A stretch of DNA of 63,978 nt, counting the filler, from Stramenopiles sp. TOSAG23-6 (taxonomy: Eukaryota): NCBI GenBank assembly GCA_900128565.1. It is 4 parts of 4 records of this genome, joined end to end, with 100 filler letters (N's around TTAATTAATTAA, not from the genome) between each part and the next. Parts side by side here need not be neighbours in the genome. Positions count along the whole stretch, not along the records: positions 34,484 to 51,492 come from LT636084.1; positions 51,593 to 63,978 come from LT636205.1; 2 more parts are not named here. The stretch is one strand, 5' to 3'. Made by a program: the position numbers and the translations under genes. This document shows, piece after piece, positions 46,121-57,500 of this stretch; within the stretch, counting starts at the first letter, position 1, and every line of letters starts with the position of its first letter. The notes under the pieces are model-generated. The model saw only the letters and a program-made list of their open reading frames with translations, had not been told where the DNA came from and did no database searches.

Positions 46121-47431
46121 TTAGGGTTTGGGTTTATATTGTAGTTGCTTTTTAGACATATTTTTGAGAGGTGCAAATGTAAGTCTATGAATAGGACAAG
46201 CTCCATGTTTGAAACATTGGGCTTTGTGAAAAGCAGTTGGGTATCCTTTGTTTTTTTCAAATTCGTAGTGGGGCCATTTCACGTGATATTCTTTCATTAA
46301 TTTATCACGAGTGACTTTTGCTATAATTGATGCTGCAGCAATAGAGAAAACTTTCGAATCCCCCTTTATAACATTTTCTACTTGACAATGTTCAACAAAC
46401 TGACCTCGATAAGTCACTTTAGTTGGTTCTTCTTCAGTATTGTTCAATTTAATGGAAGAAACCTTTGCTTTCGTTTTCTTTTTATTTACTTTTTTAGTCT
46501 TTGTAGCTTTCAATTTTAATTTTTTTTTCCTGTAATATTCATGTGTTGGTTCAGGAATATCTCTAGGATCTCTAGGGCCATCTACAAGAACGTAATCTAC
46601 AGGATTATTATTGTCACTGTCATTAATAGATTGAACTGAAAGTCTCATTGCTTCCATCGATGCCTGTAAAATATTAATTTCATCTATGCGATTATGAGGT
46701 ATAATCGATACACCATATCGAATACGTGGATCAGTAGTAAGTTGGTTAAATAATTTTATTCTCATTTCTTCGCTCATTTTTTTTGAGTCAGTGACACCTT
46801 CGAAGAAAATACCAGGTGGTACTACACAAGCAGCAGCAACAACTGGGCCTGCGAGAGGTCCTCTACCTAATATATAGTATAATAACAAATATCTATATAA
46901 ATTAGTACAACAAAAAGATACAAAAAAACTTTAAAACACATAAACAAATAAGCAAAACTTACCCGCTTCATCGGTCCCCGCAATACATTTGTATCCTTGG
47001 GCAGTTAATTCATCTTCTCTGGATTTTGTCAGACCAATCACAGGTTTTTTTCCTTTTTTACTCCCAACTAAATCTTTCTTTGTAACTGTTTTTTTCTCTG
47101 AAGCTTTACGGGGCTTTCTCGTTCGTTTTGAACTAGCTGCTGTTGCTGTTTTTTTCTCTGAAGCTTTACGGGGCTTTCTCGTTCGTTTTGAAGTAGTTAG
47201 TTTTTTTGTGTTTTTTTTTCTTTTTACATTTCGTCCGTTCTGGACAGGCACGTTTTCCAAGTCACTGACATTTTCTTCATTTTCAGTTTTCTCACTTTCC
47301 CGTGACTGAGAACTCAAAAGTGCTTCAGAGGCGCGTCGTGCCCTCTTATGCAAACGTTCTCTGGATGGTGGTGGTGATACTACTCTATCGTCAAAGCTCA
47401 CGCGCCTTTTCTGCGAACGCGTTACAACCAT
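46121..47431 (-). CDS. rnhB: Bacterial-type ribonuclease HII with a basic N-terminal extension; canonical intron at 46867-46962
   Basis: Spliced GTDEAG|RGPLAGPVVAAA, DSKK, INILQAS, KGD, IAAASIIAKVTRD, NKGYPT and HRLTF. Confidence 0.92.
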
Positions 47432-47703
47432 AATATTGTTGATCAAGTTTTAGTAAGAACTTCTTCCTAAATAGGAATAATGAATGTCGGAATGATATGA
47501 AGCATCAAAAAAATTGCGCAAAAACTTACAGTCAAAAAAGATACCCGGTACTAGCCCTAACCCTACGTATTTTATATATTCAGCACTCTCCAACGAAATG
47601 CAAAAAAACAATACTCAAGTAGTACTAGAACTTACTGTACCAAGCTGCAAGTAGAAATTCTACCAGTAGCCATCGCATTGATTTAATCACCGACTCAAAA
47701 AGA

Positions 47704-48708
47704 ATGCCCAAAGTTTCGCGTAAAGCTACACATGCTAAAAAGGCTCCAGGTCCTCTTCCAACTGGTGCAAAGGGTGGTCGTGGTCAGCATTTCTTAAAAA
47801 ATCCAGCTGTTGTTAGAGGAATTGTCGCCAAAGCCAAGTTAAAGTCCACCGATATTGCCCTTGAAATTGGTTGCGGTAATGGTATCATGACAATTCAGAT
47901 GTTAGAAATATGTAAAAAGGTCATTGTTGTAGAAATTGATCCGCGTATGATCATGGAGGTTAAAAAAAGAGTACAAGGAACAGATCTACAGCACAAGCTT
48001 GAGGTCATTAAAGGGGATGCTCTTAAAGTTGATTTGCCTTACTTTGACGTTTGTGTAGCTAATATTCCATATCAGATATCTTCAGCTCTTACTTTTAAAC
48101 TTATTGCACACCGTCCGTTTTTTCGTTCAGCTGTTATTATGTTTCAAGAAGAATTTGCAATGAGACTTTCAGCTCAACCAGGCTCAGCAATGTATTGCCG
48201 ACTTGCAGTCAATTGTCAGCTTCTCGCCAAGGTATCACAGTTAATGAAAGTTTCAAAGAATAATTTTAGGCCTCCACCAAAGGTTGAATCTCGTGTTGTT
48301 CGTATTGAACCGCGTGTACCTGCACCACCGGTGAACTTTTTAGAGTGGGACGGATTGGTCAAACTTTGCTTTAATCGTAAAAACAAGACTTTAGGTTCTA
48401 TTTTCCGACAGAAAAAATTATTATCACTGTTGGAAAAGAATACATCTACTATTCGTTCACTATCTAGTAATAATAATAATGGAAATACAAATAGTGTAAA
48501 TGAAACTGATATGATGGATGTTCAAGTGAGTGAGGGTAAAAAGAGGAAAAGAGCATTCAAAAATGCATCTGAACATTTCAAGAAACTTGTAGAAAAAGTA
48601 TTGGCAGAAACGAAAACTTCGACACGTCGCTCATCGCAGTTAACAATAGATAATTTCCTTGAATTGCTTGCGGCATTTAACAAAGCTGGTATTCATTTTA
48701 CTGTTTGA
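47704..48708 (+). CDS. DIM1: 18S rRNA adenine dimethyltransferase
   Basis: GQHFLKNP, LEIGCGNG, VANIPYQISS and FRPPPKVESRVVRIEP. Confidence 0.96.
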   Translation: MPKVSRKATHAKKAPGPLPTGAKGGRGQHFLKNPAVVRGIVAKAKLKSTDIALEIGCGNGIMTIQMLEICKKVIVVEIDPRMIMEVKKRVQGTDLQHKLEVIKGDALKVDLPYFDVCVANIPYQISSALTFKLIAHRPFFRSAVIMFQEEFAMRLSAQPGSAMYCRLAVNCQLLAKVSQLMKVSKNNFRPPPKVESRVVRIEPRVPAPPVNFLEWDGLVKLCFNRKNKTLGSIFRQKKLLSLLEKNTSTIRSLSSNNNNGNTNSVNETDMMDVQVSEGKKRKRAFKNASEHFKKLVEKVLAETKTSTRRSSQLTIDNFLELLAAFNKAGIHFTV

Positions 48709-48790
48709 ATATAAACAAAAACTAACTTTTATTTATTTAATACACTAGAGGATCTTTATTTATTTAATGCACTAGAGGATCTTTATTTAT

Positions 48791-50212
48791 TTAATGCACT
48801 AGAGGATCTTTACCATGTTTTTTAATTCTAGCTGCTCGAGCAATTTCAAATCTATTATCCCAATTTTTACAATTATAGGAGGATACGCACGCATTTCCTT
48901 CAAGACAGCTACAAGATGAATTATCTAACATATTACTAATGTCATGATTATCTAATTGTGTGTGTGTATCTATAGTAACACTGCGTATAACCTGATTTCG
49001 TGATACACCATCGATATATTTTAAATGGCTTATTTGTTTTCTTAATTTTTGCACTATTTCTTTATATTCGTTTTTCTCATTGCAAGGATTACCCCGAAGA
49101 TCAAGTTCTGTTAACCATTTTAATGATTCCAATAAGGAAATATTTTCTGTATCTTCAACACAATTATTGGCTAAACATAATTTGCATAGCTGTGTTGGCC
49201 AAATAAGTGAATTTAATGGTAGGTTTGACAGTGAACAATTTTCTGCACGAAATTCACGAAGTTGTGGGGCACTTTGTAAGAATGTTAATGGATGTTTTTT
49301 ATGTATTTGTATATTTTCTAAAGATGTTGTATGATTTCGTGTAGTCTCTATGTAATTAGATAAAGAATTTCCACTGATATCTAAGACAAGTAACTTTGGA
49401 AATCCACTTAGTTCTGGAATTTGTTTAAGTGTTCCATTGGTTAATCGAAGAATACGAAGCCAGCATGGCGAGGCAACAGAACCCCATGAAGCAACAGCAT
49501 CTTCAGATATGTCTGAGTCAGAACATGTCAAGGCAACAATTTTATTTGATAAAATATCATTCCAAATGATATTTTTAAGTGGCGGCGTGACTGGTGATAA
49601 CACTAAATGTTCAGCAAATATAGTTGATGTTGCTACATTATCTATAATATTCATTTTTGAGTTCTCTAACTCAGTCCTTGTTTTATCTACGACGAGTAAA
49701 TTTGAATCTAATACAGAAAATGTTTTACCAGGTATTATAATACACTTTTTACCTGAAGTTGATTTCTTTTTGGTACTTTTCAAACGTCGGTTTCGTTGTT
49801 TTCTTTTAGTATTCAGAGTAGTTTTGGATGTTGTTTTGCGTTTGCTCTTTTTATTTTGCTTGATAGAAATATGCTTGCAACACTCTTCGACACACCTAGA
49901 CGATAATACGACCTCAAGGCACAACTTTCCAGATTCAATTCTCACCCATTCATCATTCGGAGACATCTGACCTCCAAAAGGGGACTTGAATTTTCGCCAA
50001 GGATCTGATAATAGTGCAGAAATTTTCTTCTTTAATTTCAAATATTCGTTCCTGACTGCTGAAAATGCAGCCTCTTCACCTTTTGCTTTCAACACACGAG
50101 TGTATATTTCTTGTAGGTTTCTTCTAGCTTTATTCCTTTCTTCTCCATTCAAAAGTAATCTTCCGTCACACTCTGACTGTAGTTTCACTTCTATTGATGC
50201 AGCTGAGCCCAT
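48791..50212 (-). CDS. Leucine-rich repeat protein with an N-myristoylation motif and Cys-rich tail
   Basis: MGSAAS; LLVLDISGNSL, LTELDLRGNP with an LRR cap; SCSCLEGNAC. Confidence 0.8.
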   Translation of the reverse strand: MGSAASIEVKLQSECDGRLLLNGEERNKARRNLQEIYTRVLKAKGEEAAFSAVRNEYLKLKKKISALLSDPWRKFKSPFGGQMSPNDEWVRIESGKLCLEVVLSSRCVEECCKHISIKQNKKSKRKTTSKTTLNTKRKQRNRRLKSTKKKSTSGKKCIIIPGKTFSVLDSNLLVVDKTRTELENSKMNIIDNVATSTIFAEHLVLSPVTPPLKNIIWNDILSNKIVALTCSDSDISEDAVASWGSVASPCWLRILRLTNGTLKQIPELSGFPKLLVLDISGNSLSNYIETTRNHTTSLENIQIHKKHPLTFLQSAPQLREFRAENCSLSNLPLNSLIWPTQLCKLCLANNCVEDTENISLLESLKWLTELDLRGNPCNEKNEYKEIVQKLRKQISHLKYIDGVSRNQVIRSVTIDTHTQLDNHDISNMLDNSSCSCLEGNACVSSYNCKNWDNRFEIARAARIKKHGKDPLVH

Positions 50213-50462
50213 TGATGAGTAGGGAAGTATTTTATACTAAACTCATTAGAATATGCTTTTAATTTAATCAGCAAAGTAATCTTATGTAAGCCCTGGAGAC
50301 TGTGTTGGATCCTTGACCAACCTTGACCAACCTGTGTCGGTCTAGATCATGTGAAACTGTCATAACCCTAACCCTAAGACATTCGCGAGCATGCATCAAA
50401 TCTGAAATTTTCTTCCATCGAACAACAATACTAGATACCTTTCTTCTCCATATTTAGTAAAC

Positions 50463-51402
50463 ATGGAAAATGATATTCGTTCACCTTGGGCAGTTGTGCT
50501 AGAAATATGTGGATGTGAACCCAATGAGAAAATGGTAACAATAGAACAGTTATTTCATGCAATGCCCCATTTTGTCGGTCGTGTTTTAGATTCATCAGAA
50601 AAAGCACAAGTGCAAGCTGCTTTTGGAGCACAATCTACTTCTCACAAAATATCTTCGGACGATTTTTCAAAAGTAATGGGAATATTTCTTGATCAGCAGC
50701 CGGACAATGAGACAGATGAAGAAAATGAATACTCAGAAGAAAATGGAAGTGATACATCTATTTTTAGTCATTCAAATAATGATAAAGATAGTACAACACC
50801 ACCATCTAACTTAAACGATTCTAATCAGATAGAAATCTTAGAAGAGTCTTTACGTGTAGCAAACACATATACAAAAAAGGAATCTCGTCGCGCAGCTCAT
50901 TTACAGCATAAACTCGATGCAGCAGAACATCATCATCATATGCTGGAAGATGAAATAAAAACATTGAAGCAAAGATTAGTTACGTCAGACCGAAAACTGG
51001 GGTTAGAGAAGAAGCAAAAAGATCAAGTTTGTGACGATATGAAAGAACAAGCAGAAGCATTTACTAAAATACAACAACAACTAGAAGAAGCTAAAAAAAC
51101 AAATCAATCATTATCTACACAATTGGAAAAAATACAAAATACACCAAATGATTCAATCACAGATGAAATAATATCTACGATACAAAAAACAGAACAACAA
51201 AAAAAGGCTGATTTGCTATTTGTACAAAAACTACAGTCAGATTTGAATAATGCTCTACAAGAATTAGTTATCTTGCGCAAAGAAAAATTAGATCTATCAT
51301 TTAAAGTTGATACATACAGTGTAGAGTTAGATGCAACAAAGAGTGATTTGAAAGACACAAAAAATATTCTCGATTCTGTACAGAAACAAAACCGAGCATT
51401 AT
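50463..51402 (+). CDS. EF-hand-like plus coiled-coil protein, 3' truncated at an intron and contig end
   Basis: Degenerate EF-hand-like N-terminus followed by a heptad-rich region. Confidence 0.65.
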
Positions 51403-51492
51403 GTATGTTTTATTTTTTTTCAAATTTAATTTTTTTTGTACGAAATTTTGTACCTAACGATTTTTTTTTTGAAATATTTTTCCAAAATACAT
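51403..51492 (+). other. Family intron (GT...AT) ending exactly at a contig end
   Basis: tat|GTATGTTTT...GTACGAAATTTTGTACCTAACG...TTCCAAAATACAT. Confidence 0.82.
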
Positions 51493-51592
51493 NNNNNNNN
51501 NNNNNNNNNNNNNNNNNNNNNNNNNNNNNNNNNNNNTTAATTAATTAANNNNNNNNNNNNNNNNNNNNNNNNNNNNNNNNNNNNNNNNNNNN
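51493..51592. other. Artificial contig linker
   Basis: N-TTAATTAATTAA-N spacer. Confidence 0.97.
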
Positions 51593-51593
51593 C

Positions 51594-54500
51594 ATGAAAT
51601 CAGAAAAGTGTGATTCTGTTTTATATTCGTCAAAAGTTCTTGAAGCAATGAAAATTATTCCAAGAGAGTTTTTTGTGACAAATAAAAATGAAAGATCATT
51701 GTGCTACAAAATGGAAGCTTTATCGACATCAATGGGGTTTACTCTGTCAGAACCTGAAATACACTTTCGATCCCTTGTTGCTTTAAATATACAGACAGGA
51801 AATTCTATATTTATGAGTGCACTTTGTGCTCAGCTCTCAGGGCCAGATTCAAAAGTGTTAGGGATAGAAATGGATGAACTTAATGTACAACTTTGTGAGC
51901 ATAATATTCGGCGCCTTGCTAAGATATCAAAGGAATTTGTATTACAAAAACACGAAATAGTGGAAACAGGTTGTGCAAAATCTGATAAAGAGGAAGGATA
52001 CAGATAAAAGTTGTGAAACCAAGGATGATAAAATCTCGAAAAAGAAATGTACGTCGAATAATCCTGAAGGTGGATATGAGCACAATTTTGATTCTTGTAT
52101 TGATTTTTCTAGCCAAATAGAATTTAAGAAAATGAATTTGTTTTTTCTACAGCACTACATGCCTTCGCGTACATTTGATCGAATTTATACAGGTAATTCG
52201 TGTACTATTCAACACCTTCCTGTATTGACTCGGTTACTTCGACCTGGTGGAATTTTAGTCGTACCCGTTGACGATCAGCTCATACGTATAGAAAAACGTC
52301 TTCAATCCGGTAAATTATATCAGTCTTTATTATATCTATCAAAATTTCCAGACAAAATGCATTTACCCAGTACTCCAGAAGTAGCCGCTATTGTACCAAC
52401 TATATTACATAATATTTCACATAATAATGAAAATATGATGTGGTCAGGGTCTGAAGGTTTCAATGGTTTTATTGAAACCGATGAATTTTTACGTGCATGT
52501 TCTATAGATAGTGATACACGTGATATTGCATATAGAGTTCCTATTCAAACGTGTATCGATAATTCTCAGATGACTAAAAATGATACAAATACAAATTATT
52601 TAGACAATTCTGATAGAGTTCCAACTATTGGAATGTTTTTACGAGTGAAGTCATCATATTCAAACTCTACTGAATGCTCAAGTAAAATTTCTGATTGGCG
52701 TGTAGGTCCAAGTCGTCCACACCTTCAACCTCTCACACCAAATTTAAAAGTTACACCAGATGGAACTGGGATTTCTAATCGTGGTAAGTTTGGTAGTGCT
52801 CGCGCAGATGTTGTTGTAAAACTTGGAGGTAAGTGGTATTTTGAAGTTGTTCTTGGTCCTAGTAAGATTATTCAGATTGGTTGGGCACATCCTCTTTTTA
52901 ATCCAAATCCTGATATTGGGCATGGTGTAGGTGACGACTTGTATTCTTGGGCATATGATGGTGGACGACAACAAAAATGGCATAGCATTGGTTGTGAATA
53001 TTCAAAGAAAAAGTGGAAATGTGGTGATATTGTTGGGTGTTTGCTTAATTTAGATCGAAAGGAAATGAGTTTTTCATTAAATGGTTTAGATTTAGGGGTT
53101 GCGTTTGAAAACCTCTCATGTGATGCTGGTTTTTCACCTGCTGTATCTTTAGACAGAGGTGAAGATGTTGTGTTTAATTTTGGTGGTGAACCATTTCAAT
53201 TTAAACCTAGAGAATATCAAGGATTATTTATTCCTTTGTCTTCGTACAAGAGAAATAAAACTGCTGACGATTGTATTGCCTCAAGTGCTGCTGAGTATGC
53301 TGGTCAATTTGGATCTGTGGTAGGATTGACAAACTCCAGTGTTAAACTTCGGATGAATAGGAAGAAATATATCATCGTCCCAATACAATATGTCGAATTT
53401 CCATTGCAATGCTTGTGGAAAGATGTGGGTTGGGCGTTTTGCATTGATAAATGTAAAAATACTAACTCGAGCAAAAACGTTGCTCTTGAGAATACATTAA
53501 TAAAAATTGATCATGTTGCGTCTGTTCTGCGGGCTCGTCGTCAGATGGAATCTGTTTTGGGTCATTGTAAAGTATTGATAGATCAAGGCGTAACTACTCT
53601 GAAATGTTTAGGTATGGATTGTTCTACTATAATGCGTGCTTTGAAATTGGCACATGGCATCTCCGTTTCTGCAATATTACTTGAAGATAATAGCGATGTA
53701 TATAAGGGAAATAGCAAGTCACTAGTTACACTGAAGGACAATTTATTATGGTCATTACTACCTAGTGCCATTCTTCCTGATTTGAAATACGAACCACAAT
53801 GTGACACCACCTGCAGCACTTCATGTGATTCTACATTTATCGATGTAGATATTCAGAAAAATGACAACATCGGATTGCTTATTGCAGAAGTAATCGATCA
53901 TTTATTCAAAGCTGCTAATGGTGTAGATACTTATAACTCAGTCCATCCTCTTCGACGTGCAGGAAAACATGTCGGTATCAATCCTGAGATATTAGAATGT
54001 TTATCAATTCTTCGTAGAGTGAATGTTGGATCAATTAATTTAGTTCCTGGTGCTGGACCTCGGGAACAATGTCAACTATACATACAAGTATCGAAGATTG
54101 TAGTGAATGCGATGAAACACCAAAAATCGCGTAGAGTTTCAGATACATTTGTCAGTAGCAATGCTGCACGGATTGCAAATAGAAATATGTCAGATATTCG
54201 TTTACACACAAAAGAATTGGAAAAGGCTGTGCTTGATTCAGCGATGCTTTTGCGATGTCCCTCAGGTTCATCAAGAGCTCTTAAAATAATCAAGCAAGCT
54301 GTTAATGCTTTCGTACGTAATATTGTCCCAAAAACCGATGAAAATCCTGATATGGGGTGTAAAAAAGGAACGATTGATGTTCCTGGTGCTGAAAAAATTA
54401 TAGTTACTTTTGATCAAAGATGTCGTCGTGGGCCATGCTCTTCCAGTCTTTCCTTTTTTCACGATGGAGCGGCACTCAACCGTGTAGATTGGATGCAATC

Positions 54501-57500
54501 GCGTGATAATTTCAATCCTTTCGCTCTATCTGCCTCAAAAACAACATTTAAATTAAAACCTGATTCTGATGATATTGTTGATGATCTTGCTCCAGCGGAA
54601 TGGGGTTATGCATTTCGTGCGCTTCCATTACAGTGGAAATGGAATAATGAAAATCAATTAATTTCATTTCCTATAAGATGGCCTCTTTTATTATTTATTA
54701 CCACTGAGCCTTTACTAGAACATATTATACGACATAAAATGTCCGAGAAACTTTATTTAGTATTAATTCGATACATTCGTACTAAATATGCACCATTTAA
54801 AGAGTTTGTTTGTAGAGCTCTTACGAGAATGTTATTATGTAAACGGAAGTCTAATACATTCCACAAATGGGATCTTTCTGTGATGACTCCTCTCCGCGCG
54901 GAACTAAATTGTATTTTCCAACATGCTAAAAGTAATTCCATTCCTCTCTATACTAATACTTTTTTTCAAGCTTTACTTGAAGTTTTATCTATTACTTTTG
55001 ACGAAANGAAATTTAATTGTTTTGAACAAGAAGAGAAAACAAATGGTATTGAAAAAGAAGAAAAGGAAAGTGAATCAAAAACATCAATAATTTCCACTAA
55101 CCACATATATTCATTATTTGGCCGCAATGCTATACTTCAACCATGGCACGTTAGGCTAATGAATGGCGTGGCTGCATTACAGTCAATTTGCTATAGTAAA
55201 CCTGTTCATTCGCGGTACTACACTTTAGCCGGACTTATTTATACTCCCTTAAAACTACTGAAAAAGTTATGCGCAAGGCTTGAGAGTTCAATTCGTGGTT
55301 CATCGCAACAAACATGGCATAGGGGAATATGGTTACGGTCCCTGGAAGCTGCAGAAAATCCTGTAACTATTGCTAATCTCATGTATAAACTTCATAAATC
55401 TTTGCCAGTAGAATGCCGGGATCTTAAATGGTTAGATCATAGACAAAAATGGGAATCCTGCATGAAGTCTGCGTGTACTCTTGAAGAGGTTGTTACTCCA
55501 TTACTTAAGTTTGAAAAATATATTAACAAAAAATGGCAACGTCCTAGATGGTTAAGGGAACGGAGTGATTGGCGCCGATCTTTGTACAGTCTTTCTTCTA
55601 GCAAATTGAGTAGGAGTAAAATGATGCGCAAGCGTGTTAAAACGTTCCGCTCTGTGAAAATTCCAATTGCTGTTGTTGATTGCAATGGTGGTGAAGAAGT
55701 TCTGGGATTGGAAAAGTACGGTGTGAAAAATATTTTTAAAGATAATAGGAAAGTATATTGTTCAAAGTTTTCACGAAATGTGAATATATTAGGTTGTATT
55801 GAAACGACTGAAAAGTGTGACGAGAAAACATCTTTCAATACCGACAATAATATTTCTGCATCCGAAATTTTGACAGGGACGGAAGAAAAAGAAAATGGTG
55901 TTATAAAAAGAGATACGAAGGAGTTGAAGTCTGAAAAGAATGACTGTATAAAGAAAAAAGAAAGTCTTCTTATTCGAAAGATTATTATTCGAAGACCTGG
56001 AAATAATTTCACATGTCGTATAAATAATGGTCTAATTTTTGTATTTCCCCATAAACCAACTGAGTCGGATATAGCAAGAGCATCAAAATGGAATTTTTGT
56101 ACTAAAGGTCAATATGATCAATTTTTACAAACGAAAACAAAGTCTAAATCTAAACTTTTACCATATGAACCTATTGCATACTTTGAAATGCTCCCTCCGG
56201 TTTCAAGTCCTTGGAATGACATTGAAATTGTTCCAGATTGGACAATTTCTGGTTCTTATATTTTAGTCAAACTTTTAAGTGCTAGAAACTCCGATGTTTC
56301 TAGAATTGCTCATATGGAATGGACAAAGCAGATATCGGTTGATTTTCAATATAAGAAATTGACTGTAGATTCTAAAAATAGCGATAAAGTACCTGTATGG
56401 TGTTGTAAGGTTGGCCCAAGAATTATTCCATATAGTTCAAAAATTAACAAAACCATTGAAAAAGCGTACAAAATATTCTCAGATGATTCAACGCATCGTA
56501 AGGTGAATATAATGAGGAATAGAATGCGATATGTGATTGATTTCAAAACACTGGTACAGTTACGGTTGCGTTCTAATGACGAAAATTGTATTGAAAATTG
56601 TATTGTTCAATCTCGAAAAATTCGTCGGTTATTAGTCGACAAAAACACTCAAAAGAAGCTTTTAGATCCAGGAAATATTGATATAGAACATGTTGGCTTT
56701 TATGGTTTACGAGGTCGCAGTGCAGAAAAGTATATGAATCATATATCTAATGAAAATTCATTGACTAAATTGAGTGATGTAGGTGAAATATCTACATCTG
56801 CTGAAGGTACGGATGCTGGTACTGATAGCGCACTAAACGATAGCAGTCTAGCATCAGATGAATCTGCCGATATTTCTCTTGTTAATGATGAAGTGAATGA
56901 ACAACAAAATACGATTGGTTCGAATAATCAAAATAGGTCAAATACTCTTTCTTTAATGTTTGTTGAAGATGAAAATACTAATGCTGATCCTCGTGATGAA
57001 AACATTCATGAAATAAATTTAAATGAAACTGCTGATGATTATGAAGTCGACTTGAATATTTCTGAGAATGATGATGAAATCAATAATGATGTTGATGATG
57101 ATGATAACGATGATGATAATGATGATGATAATGATGATGACGCATTGGGGCGAGTCAGTGAGCAGCTTGATCTTATGGATAATTTGGAAGGAATCCTTTC
57201 TATTGGACCTCATGAAACTCTGGATTGTTCGTCTTCCGAAGATGACGATAATGATGATAATTCTACAAATATTTCTGATGATGATGACAATAATGTTGAT
57301 AAAGCAACAAAGATTTCTAATGACATTGATATTAATGATGTGACTAAAACGAAACAAATTGATATTAATGATGTGACTAAAACGAAACAAATACCGTTGG
57401 AATTTCCTCCAGCTGAAGATGTGGTGGTTGATATGGATGTAGCCTATAATATATTTGTCGTTCAAAATATAGTCAAAATAAAGACTTTTTGCCATCCATG

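Noticed and set aside
17175-51592. TTAATTAATTAA palindromes spaced about 17 kb apart
   Set aside because: These are artificial linkers between size-sorted contigs (internal contigs 17109 and 17009 bp). Gene adjacency across them and ORF tails ending in LIN are meaningless.
57060-57390. Met-rich alternative ORFs and GAT repeats
   Set aside because: These are shadow frames of an Asp-rich linker in the HECT protein.
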